This document shows, one piece after another, positions 19,777-29,058 of a stretch of DNA of 29,058 bases. Position 1 is the stretch's first letter; each line of letters opens with the position of its first letter. The stretch spans positions 1 to 29,058 of the forward strand of contig CDMY01000700.1 of the NCBI GenBank assembly GCA_001179505.1, read 5' to 3'. The stretch comes from Vitrella brassicaformis CCMP3155 (taxonomy: Eukaryota; Protista; Chromerida). A model generated the notes under the pieces. That model saw only the letters and a program-made list of their open reading frames with translations. It was not told the DNA's origin and made no database searches. The translations under genes were made by a program, and so were the position numbers.

Positions 19777-22700
19777 TCATGTGGCAGAGAAGCCCGACGA
19801 GTAGGAAGGCGGCCTCTGCGCCGCCGAATGCTCGTCCTCGTCGTCGTATGGAGGCGGCGCCGCCCCGTTCACGGCAGGCCGTCGACTGCGCGTCTTGGGC
19901 ACGATCGATGCCAGCGACTGGGGTGTGCTGGCCGTGGTGGTGTTGGTGGATGAGAGTGACCTGAGTGACGGCGGGGGTCTCCTCGGGGGAGGGGGGCGGG
20001 TGGCAGGCGTGTTGATCAGTGTCCGCAGAGACAAGTAGGGGGGGACCGTGCTACGCATGTCCTGGAAACCCTGAGGAAAGGCACAACAAGGCAGGAGTCA
20101 GAGGGTTGGTGTGAGAGAGTGTGACTTGTGTGGCTATCGTCCAATCTGACCAGGAAGACGCTGGCAGGGTCGTCCTCATCCGTCAAGGCCAGCAGCTCAC
20201 CCTGCGATGCAACAGACATGAAGCGACATGCGTGTGGTGGGTGTGGAATGCACTTGTGTGCTCTGTGTGTGGGGTTACATGTGCCTGCTGTCCGTCTTGT
20301 TTCCTCTTGATGGTGCACTTGAGCCGCAGCCCCGCGCGTAGCACGACGTCTCTCTTGAGGCACTGGACCATGTCTGGTTCGATCACATCCGTCAGCGACG
20401 TGCCTGAAAGGAATGACGACAGAACGAGACGGGTCATCCATCTCTTTCTCGCCCCCTCTCCTGTGGTGCATGTGTGTGACCTTCGAGCGGCCTTCTCTGC
20501 CAGAGATTCAGCAGAGACGAGCTCTCGAGAAACAGCTCCTCCTGCATACCATGACACACGCACGACGTATGATATGGCTGGACTGACGGTGTTTCGTTTG
20601 CACCTGTATATCGACTACGGCAGTGGCGTCGAGAATGGCATCGGCGACCCGCTGCAGGAGGCTGACGCGCTTCTCCTGCGCCTTGGCCTGACGACGGGTG
20701 TCGGTCACATCCTGATAAAGACGAGACGAGGAAAAAAGAGGGGTCCATGTGCAGAAGCGCTGCTGGGTTGTGACTGACTAACCTGTATGAAGCCACATAT
20801 GACGTCTGAGGAGGTCTTCTTCCTACAGACAGACAGACACACACACACGCACCGTTTTGCAGGCCGAAGTCCCCTTCTGTCTGACTCACTCACCTGCCGC
20901 CGCATCTAAACCACCGCACCTGCCCGTCAGCTCTCTCGTACTTGATATCCATCTCGAAGCTCGCGCCCTGCTTGGCGCACCGCAGGATCGCATCCTGAAT
21001 CTTGTGCCGGTCCTCAATGATGACGTGCTCCGTCCAGCAGCCCGACAACACGCTCTTGGTGTCGTCGTCGATCTGGATGGGCACGTCGGTGAGGGCGGCT
21101 GTGTCCTGGTCTTGAGCTGGCTTGTCCACCGCATCGGACGGGGACACATGCGGGCGGGAGCCACGCCGGGAGGGACAGCACGCCCACAGCGAGGAAACCG
21201 CGCTCTTCAAGTATCCAAACCTGACGACAGGGACAGCGAACAAGGACCGGAATTCATCTCTGCGAACGGGTGTTAGGAGCTAGCCATGCGTACATGAAGT
21301 GTCTCTTCTCAGCGATGGGTGTAGTGGTGGTGGTGGATTCGATCGACGGCTGTTCGGAGGAGGGTTCCTGCGGCAGCTGGTCTGCCTTGAATGACGGTGA
21401 GGGGTTGAGCAGGGAGCTGTCGGCGGGGTACGACGAGTCGGGCAGCCGGCGGCCTGTCAGGTGTTCAATCACTTTGGTCTGATAGCAACCTGATGGCGCA
21501 ACCAATCAGACAGACAGGAGCAACACGTACTCCATGTCCTTTGTCCATCTCTGCGTCGACTGCGTACCCTTATCTATCGGCGCGCTCGTGTCCCACTCCC
21601 TGCCAGAACATCCAGACACACCAGCGATTATCCGGCGTGTCAGCCTGGTGTGTTGTGTCGTCGTCATGTTGTGTTGACTGACCACGCGGCGATGCCCACA
21701 AGTTGCGAGAACGACTCGAGGAGAAGCTTCTTGCTCTCCTTCTCCTTGTGGACCTGCACGGACAAACCGATGCAACACATGCGCCCGTCCCGTTCGTAAC
21801 GCTTGTCGAATTCGCCGATTTACCTGGTTTTTCTGGTAGAGGGTGGTCCTGATTGCAAAACAGGACCATGAGGGGAACATGTACACAACGAATTAGACGA
21901 AAGATGGACAACAGGCACAAACATGAAACAGTGAACTCGTCTCATACCGGGTGAAGAGCTCTATCTGCCGTGATCCGATGTAGAAGAGAGCATTCACAAC
22001 TGCACTCACACACACACGCAGACGACATGCCGGTGTCTGCATCCTCGAGATCATGCACCCACCCACCCACCGATGGCTCACTTGCGTAGGGGATGATGCC
22101 CCTCCAGTTGCCGGGCAGCTTGCAAAGCAGCTCAAACACGGCAAACGCGCTCACGTGTGTGACGTGCATCAGGAGCGTCAGGAAGCTGTCGCACTTGAAG
22201 GCCATCCACCCAGCCACCACCGCACACACGGGCGTCCAGTGAGCGCTGCGGTAGACGATGTAGTAGTCCTCCTTGGAGCTCCACACGTAGCCCCAGTCAT
22301 GATGGTATGTGATTCTCCCGTCCTGACGACGAACAAACCACAAGGGCGTGTGTGCGTGTGTAGGTGTGGGCCTCCCTCCGTCGCTATGCGGACCATGTGT
22401 ATGAGGGCGATTGACACGATGAATATCAAAGCTAGAACGAACCGCTCGACCCGGCAGTAGGCGTCGGTGAGGCCGTCGTCCGTCAGGGCGTTCTTGTTGT
22501 GATACCTCTTGTGGTACCAGCAGTACAAACCCACCTGCACCGCACCGCCGCGCCGCAGCCAGCCACAGGCAGATGCAGGGGCACACACAGAAAGAGCGAC
22601 GTGGGTGTATGTATGGGGGTATGTATCTTCTTCTCCTCGACGCACCAGCGGTTTATCCAGGAGGGCGTAGAGGAACGGGAAGAGGGCGAAGGGCACAGTG

Positions 22701-23211
22701 AAGACCGCACGGGCAATCACGTCAATGCAGAGGTCATCGCCATGGTGCTCACTGCACACGCACACACAGATGATGGAAGGACTGCGGACTGTCGTGGCTT
22801 ATCTTTGCTCTGCTGTCTGTCTGCCATGCACTGACTGACGTGAATACTCCGACGAGTATTGAGAGGAGGATGGCGAGAAGTCCCAGGAAGCCGAGGGCCT
22901 TGGCGGTCTCGCGCAGGTCCTCGTACATCAGCCGCCTGTACTGCTCCTCCAACACCTGATGATAACCATATGAGCAAACGCGACAGACGGACATGAGCAA
23001 ATGTAACGTAACAGTCTGTTTGCACGCGAGATCTTTGTCCTTATCTCACCGGATCTGAGTACTGCACTCTCAGGAAGGGCGGCCATCGCCACTTGGATTC
23101 ACAGCCGATGGTTTGCCACTGGTCACGGGACCATGCAAAGAAGCTGCTGATGGGACGGCGGGCACGCAGCAGGCCTCGTGGCGCCTCGTCCCCGATGATA
23201 AGCGCCTGCAT
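19777..23211 (-). CDS. About 6-TM membrane protein with signalling-helix-like linker, two PAS domains and a Pro/Ser-rich tail; no catalytic domain seen
   Basis: Spliced: MQALIIGD...FLRVQYSDP|VLEEQYRRLMY, six hydrophobic segments, NALFYIGSRQIELFT|RTTLYQKNQ|VHKEKESKKLLLESFSQLVGIAA|WEWDTSAPIDK|GCYQTKVIEHLTG...WTEHVIIEDRHKIQDAILRCAKQGASFEMDIKYERADGQVRWFRCGG|RKKTSSDVICGFIQ|DVTDTRRQ (PAS/PAC). Second PAS: LLQRVADAILDATAVVDIQ...ASVFL|GFQDMRS. The tail has PPPY and PPSY; stop at 19777. Confidence 0.78.
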
Positions 23212-23329
23212 TTCTCATGGAAAGGCTAAGCTCGCAGACCGATCGCGCTTCCAAAGTCCTGCGAACAGGCGTCAGAGCAGCGCAAAACAGCAGTGGGATA
23301 TCCCTCTGGCATCCTCCAGTGAGTTGGGC
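23212..23329. promoter_or_regulatory. Very short putative bidirectional promoter between the TM-PAS gene (-) and the BTB-TLDc gene (+)
   Basis: About 118 bp between divergent putative ATGs (23211 and 23330); starts not experimentally defined. Confidence 0.3.
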
Positions 23330-26290
23330 ATGAAGCAGCCTGGGATGGATTCGGTGCTCGACGGCGCCGTGATGCGGGTGGAGCAGGAGGCAGGCAGCCT
23401 TGTCAGCGAGATCGGCAGGAGGAGGGATGGCATGCTGTCGAGGAGATCCAGGCTCGAAGGTCAGATCTCGCCGAGGAATGAGGAAACACATGGAGACGCC
23501 GGCCGGCCTCCCGTTGGCGGATCTGCTGACTGTCTGTGCGCGCGTGTGTGTCTGTGTGCTTCTGCAGAGGTGGTGGCACGAGCGTGTCCCGATTTCCGCG
23601 AACAGGGCGAGCGGAGCGATGTGGACGTCCTGCGGCTGAACGTGGGGGGGCAGCCGTATGATGTGGAGAGGTGGATACTGACGTGCGTCGACGAAAGGTG
23701 AGTGTTGATGGCTCAATGGCTTGTCCATGCACTTCCTCTGTTGTGTCTGCTGTCTGTCAGCCCTCTGTGTCGGCTCTTCTCTGGCCGTTGGGAGCATCGG
23801 CTGCTGAAGGACGGCGAAGACGACAGATACTTCCTCGATCTCGACCCTGGTACAAAGAGAAGAGCCGCACCACCACACAATGAGTGCTCATGCTTCCCTG
23901 CCCTGTGATTCTTTCCTGCCAGGCATGTTCCGTTTCGTGATTGAGAAGATCATCCAAGTCGACCTCGGCTACGCCAGCCTGCCACTGCCACCAGGAGCCA
24001 GGATGCGGCAGCACCACCACCAAACAGCGACCTCCTCCCATCGCCCCTCATCCGTGCCGCCACGTCCGCCTACCGTGCTCAGCCCCCGCCCACACAAGCC
24101 GCAAGACGTGCTGGCATGCGGCGAAGACAAGTCGGTGGTGGAGTTCTACTTGGGGCTGTTTGGGCTGGACTCGTGGCTGACAGCCAACTCGCCCGCCACG
24201 CCACAGCCGATCCACATCGACCACCGGGCGCCGCATGCGTCCTACAGTGCCTACGGTGTGACCGCTCCCACGAGTGGGATTGTGGTGCCTGAGGGTGGGC
24301 AGAGCTCCGGCGGTGTGGGGAGGAGAGTCACGCAAGACCAGCCGTGGTGAGTGAGCGGAGGGGTGGGTCCGGTGACGGTGAATAACATGCTCCGGGGACT
24401 GTGTGTCAGGAGCAACTTCCTCGACTCGTTGAATGAGCTAGAGAAGGAGCTGGAGGGCCGTGAGCGTCGGTGGGTCGATGAGGTCCAGACGGTGACGCCG
24501 TTCCTCGCCAAACCACCCAAGGGGCTGATGCCGACCGGACACGAGCAGCTCGAGACACTCGATGACGGCGAAGACGGTGAGCTGACGAGGAGCATGGTGG
24601 GCCTGCTGGTTTAATTGATGTATGTGCGTGTGTGTGGGTGTGTGTGGGTGCAGACAAGGTCATGTCTGTGATGGTGATGCCGCTTGGTGTCCGTGTGTCG
24701 ACCGCTCTGTCCACCCTGACGAACATCGGAGAGAACAGCGCCATCTACAACAGATTCTGCAAGTCAGAGCGACTGACCCACTCGTCGACAACAGTGCCCC
24801 CCTCACGGTGCTCCTGCATCTTATTCTGTCTGCCAGGTGGAGCGGCCCCTTGCGAGACGTGGTGCCGAGCCACTTTCAAAAGGTCCGCAGCAGTGTGTCT
24901 GTCTGCCATCTTGCTCTGCCCATGGTGCATCATCCATGGCACGTGTGAGTGCAGGTGGTGGATTTCTGCCGTCGCCAGCGGCTCACTGCCCACCGGACAG
25001 GCACCGAGGTGGCCCCTCCACGTGTGCGGCCCGAGGAGTGGCGCGCCTTCAGAGAAGTGCTGGGCATGTATGGGCTCGAAGAGGTCAGCCACAGGGCAGG
25101 ACAACACACACAGCACCATGACCTCATGATGAAGGCGAACACTCCTGTGGTTTGTCCTCCTTGTTTGTTTCTCTCATGGGCCAGATGGCGACTGACGGGG
25201 GCGGTCTGTCGAGCACGATCGAGGTCAAGGTGAGCGACTCGTGCTCCTTGCTGCACGACGGCTTCCACCTAACGTGCATCGGCCACTGGCTCACACACCC
25301 GCGCAAACCAGTCAATGACACCGAGGGCATGAAGGCCGTTAGCGTGTCCCTCAAGCTGCTCTACAAGTGAGACGAATATCATAGTGCAGACGCTCCACGT
25401 GTGCCCACGCTCTGTGTGTGTGTGTGTGTGTGTGTTTGGTGCGTCAGCCCGTCTGACCGAGGCTGGAGTCGTGACTCATTCATCGAGCGCTGCGCTGACA
25501 GGGGGCCCACATTGATCGTGTTCAGATCTGGCGACCATGTAAGACACATTAGAGGACACAGCAGCACACACACGCACATCCATCCCCCCTTGTCCTTTTT
25601 GGCAGCTGTACGGCGGCTATGCTGAGCAGCCGTGGAGCGACCCTAGAGGCCACGAGACCTCCTCCCTCTGCCCAAACTCGTTTGTCTTTTCCCTCGACGG
25701 CATCCGCAGCACCCCCTTCAGGGTATACCCTGCTGAGGACGGCCGCGGGCAGTCACCCGGCCTCATGGAACTCTTCCTGGACCACAACACATACGTGCAC
25801 TTCAGACCTGGTGGGTGCGTCGGAGAGAGAGAGAGAGAGAGAGAGACAACTGGTGTTGGTCTGGGCTCTGTCGAACGCCACGGCTGCGTGTGTGTGTGTG
25901 TGTGTGTGCAGAGGGTTCTGACAAGAGTTTCCTGAAGATCGATTTCGGCAGCCGCGAGTACGCGTGCAAGAGCTCCCTGGACAGCAGCGACGTTTCCCTG
26001 CCCTTCTCGTGGCCCCTCGGACACACACACTCCCTCTGCCCCGTCCACTGGGAGGAGATCTGGTAACTGACCAACCGACCAACGACACACAATGCATTTG
26101 GCTTTCATGTGTTTATGTGCGTGTGTGCGTGTGTGTCAGGTGTCGCGCAGAGGAAGCCGTGGTTTATGGCGTGTCGATTGAGTACGCCAAGACAGACGAG
26201 TGTGACGATGGGAGGAGTGCTGCTCCGACGGAGCCCGTGGCTGATGAGGCAGCTGTGGCGGCTACTGAGACCGCTGCTGCTGACGAGTGA
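23330..26290 (+). CDS. Coiled-coil + KCTD-type BTB/POZ + degenerate second BTB + TLDc protein (multi-exon)
   Basis: BTB1: VLRLNVGGQPYDVERWILT..|SPLCRLFSGRWEHRLLKDGEDDRYFLDLDP|GMFRFVI. BTB2-like: VRVSTALSTL..RWSGPLRDVVPSHFQK|VVDFCRR..AFREVLGMYGL. TLDc: LKLLY|NPSDRGWSRDSFIERCADRGPTLIVFRSGDH|LYGGYAEQPW..NSFVFSL. Acidic tail; stop at 26290. Confidence 0.82.
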
Positions 26291-26742
26291 ATGGACTGGG
26301 GTGTATGTGTGTGTGTGTCAATTTCATGCAGTCCTTGTTCTGTGATCTTTGTCGCTGCCCTTGATGGCATACACTAAGTTTTATGAGGTGATTCTTTCGT
26401 GTTTGCTGTCAGGGAGTTTGGGGGCATTAAGTGTACTTACTGATCAGTTTTTGTTTGTATATTGCACACTACGCGTGCCGCTTCATGAGGGGAGGAGATC
26501 GACATTCGTGGAGTGGACGCAATGAACGCTTGTCGCGATTGGTTTCAAAGCATGTAGCCATCCTCTCCTCTCAGCCGAGCCTCGCAAAGCCCCCAAGCCC
26601 GCAATAGCAGCTTAGATTAGACGCACTAAGTCAAGGCTCACCTTCACGCAGATAAAACGACGCTCACACAGTCTACCCACGCAATAAAAGACGCTGACAC
26701 ACATGCACACGCAGCACAGTTAAACTGGCTCATCTCTCACTG

Positions 26743-28515
26743 TCATCCCAGAATGTCCTCCATCTTGATCTCCACGTATGCCGTTTGGTCAGTGAAGTAC
26801 ATGCCCCTGGGCACAATGACCCGCCTCGTCTCCCCCACCCTCATCGACTGCAGCGCCTCGCGGTACCACTCGCCATAGTGGGGGCTGGACACACTGTCGG
26901 TATACCACCCGTCGTCGATCTTGTTGCCGCTCCCGAAGCCGTCTCGCCATTCCGTCCAGCGGTAGCTGACGCGCTGGTAGGCCGCCGGCACAGCGCCCAG
27001 ACCCGTCCGAATCACCTTGTGGGACGCGCCGGAGGGGAGCCGAACGAAGAGGCAACGCGGGCCGCTGCATTCACACATGCGCACACAACCAATGAAGGAA
27101 CACGTTGATGAGGTCATGAGGTCTTGTTTCTCACGTCGGTGCAGCCGGTGGAGGGTCCACTTTGACGCCATACATGTCGGCATCGAAGTCAAAGGCGCGC
27201 TGCGCCCGCGTGTTGGCCAGCTGCAGGGGCAGACTGGCTTCAGCGACGGAGGCGCCGTGCCGTTTGCGGCGGTGGTGGTCGATGAGGCGGCGAACGTGGT
27301 CGGGGGCGACGTCATCGACCGAGCTGCCCCACCTGATCGCAGGCGGAGTCACACCCTCATCAAACCAACTGCGTACGTGGGACGTTCTTCGGGGTGTGCT
27401 CACTTACAGTGATGCCGTGTTGCGTCGCTTGAGGGCCATGTCGTCACTCATCTCGTCGATGGTCGACTGGGTGGTGGCGATGGTCTGGCCGCACACGAGG
27501 AACACACGGATGGGGTCAACCCCACTCAGGGGCGCCAGGAAGGGCTCGACGCCCTGATTGATAGACGCAGCACACACAGACAGACAGACAGACAGACAGA
27601 CAGAGATGCATCCCGTGAGTTTCCTGTCTTCCCATCCATAACCTACCTGGATTTCCACGGTCAGTTGAGCGTGCCGCGGCTTCTCGGCAGAGAGCTGCCT
27701 CTCGAGCTCCCTCCTCTTGTCATCGTGCGCCTTGAGCACCTCATCCAATGCCATGGCGAGCTCCCTCGCCTCCTTGGGCACTCGAGCTGTCGACACCGAC
27801 CACGTGCATGTGATGGTGTCGTCCCTGGCGGGCGTCTTCTTGACGGGCGAGAGAAGCTTCCTCACCCAGAAATCATCGGCGCCACGAAAGGCTCTCCTGT
27901 GCGCGTCGGCGAGAAGACGGCCCGCCGAGTAGCCATCCCTCCCGCCCTCCCGAGTCGCCTGCTGGACCGCTCTCGCTGCCAGTATGGCCTGGTGTATGGC
28001 CGCGAAGGCACCGGTGTCCATGTCGACAAACACACGCTGCTTGTCGTCCTTCATCAGTCGGTTGTCGAACTTGCCAGAGAAGAGTGTCGCCAGCAGACTG
28101 CCCTCCACGCCGTCCCCCTCCGTGAGGTGCTTGCGACTCACGTGCCACTCACTGCCCCCCACATTCATCATCAGCATATCATCGCCGCGGGCTGCCGGTG
28201 GGTCAGCGATGCCGTGAGATTGCTTGAGCTGAGTGATGCTGTCTTGCATGGCTGTGATTTCTTGCTCCAGTGGCTTGAGGCTCTCACACAGGTGCACCAC
28301 CGGCACGTGAAAGCGCGACAGAATCGCAAACTCGGTGGTCAGGCTGTCCCGGCTGTTCGTCGGTCTGCGGGCAACAGATACACGCAGGCGTGTTGGCGCC
28401 TCAAGGCAGATCTGCCTTTGGTCTTGCCTCACCTGTCGGTGCCGGTGTGACGGCAGCCCCGCTGCCCCTCACTGCGGCTGCCATCATGACGGAAACAGCA
28501 CACAAACGCGCCCAT
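26743..28515 (-). CDS. MGxxxCC N-terminus + coiled coil + BTB/POZ + degenerate BTB + degenerate FKBP-type PPIase-like domain (about 5 exons)
   Basis: Splice phase selects the start MGAFVCCFRH...TDR|PTNSR (ATG 28515). BTB1: MLMMNVGGSEWHVSRKHLT..SLLATLFSGKFDNRLMKDDKQRVFVDMD. BTB2-like: GQTIATTQSTI..WGSSVDDVAPDHVRRLIDHHRR..AFDFDADMYGV. FKBP-like: RLPSGASHKVIRTGLGAVP..VSYRW..WYREALQSMRVGETRRVIVP..AYVEIKMEDI. Confidence 0.82.
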
Positions 28516-28864
28516 CGAGATCTGCACACAACGCATGCGCACAAAGACACACATGAAAGTGATTCTTTGAGCATATTCTGCTCAATTTAAGTTCGTCTGA
28601 CCTCGTTTGTCGCCTGACGCTCAGCGCTGGTTGGTTGGTTGGTTATTGTGTTTAACGAGACTCGTGTCTGTAACCCCGAGGGGATCCTGTCCAGGTCACG
28701 CACTAAACTAGCAGCATGCACATGCATAGAAGCATGCACACGGCCTTGTCTCCCCATCCCACCCACCCACCCACTCGACACCCACCAATGGTCAGAAAAT
28801 CGCTGTTGACAACGGTTGCAGGTATATGAGAATGACAGCCAGACATAGGAAAAACACCCAGAGG

Positions 28865-29058
28865 CTAGTCAGAGAGCTCGACGTCGAGCGCCCACTGATC
28901 TAAGACGTGCTGTTCGTACAGCAGCTCGTCGTCTTCCCCTGCCTGACTGTCTGGCAAGAATGGGTTGAGGGCAAGCCACTTAGCGCGTGTCGCCTGTGCT
29001 GACAGAAGAAAGTCGGCCGCTGCAGAAAGCACCGGCAGTTTGTCCGATTGCAGCACAC
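28865..29058 (-). CDS. 3'-terminal exon of a gene extending beyond the window; product unknown
   Basis: Open frame from the window edge, VLQSDKLPVLSAAADFLL...QWALDVELSD*, with coding-like composition and a stop at 28865. Confidence 0.5.
   Translation of the reverse strand, partial: VLQSDKLPVLSAAADFLLSAQATRAKWLALNPFLPDSQAGEDDELLYEQHVLDQWALDVELSD

Noticed and set aside
25415-25910. (TG)n and (GA)n runs
   Set aside because: Ordinary intronic microsatellites typical of introns in this window.

Overview
Eukaryotic, GC-rich and very intron-dense genomic DNA: short GT-AG introns of roughly 60-100 nt with (TG)n/(TGTC)n tails. Intron style and gene families suggest a chromerid alveolate such as Vitrella; this is an inference, not a database result. 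Hand-splicing, with approximate boundaries, gives about 9 multi-exon genes. (1) An ankyrin-repeat TRP-type cation channel (+). (2) tRNA-dihydrouridine synthase DUS1 (-). (3) A large ApiAP2-like protein with three divergent AP2 domains, an AT-hook-like/RG patch, polyQ and a C-terminal SAM-like domain (+). (4) A lineage-family protein of unknown function (-). (5) A GT32/Och1-like glycosyltransferase (-). (6) A roughly 6-TM, tandem-PAS membrane sensor with no visible catalytic output domain and PPxY motifs in its tail (-). (7, 8) A convergent pair of paralogous double-BTB proteins, one ending in TLDc (+) and one in a degenerate FKBP domain with an N-terminal MGxxxCC motif (-). (9) The 3' end of a further gene. 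A 5'-truncated, frameshifted CRE-like (RLE) non-LTR retrotransposon lies at about 15598-17235 between 12-bp direct repeats, followed by a tandem double hairpin. No rRNA, tRNA or CRISPR array was recognised. The best candidates for undescribed biology are the output-less TM-PAS-PAS receptor, the AP2x3+SAM protein, the modular BTB-BTB-effector family and the mosaic TRP channel.
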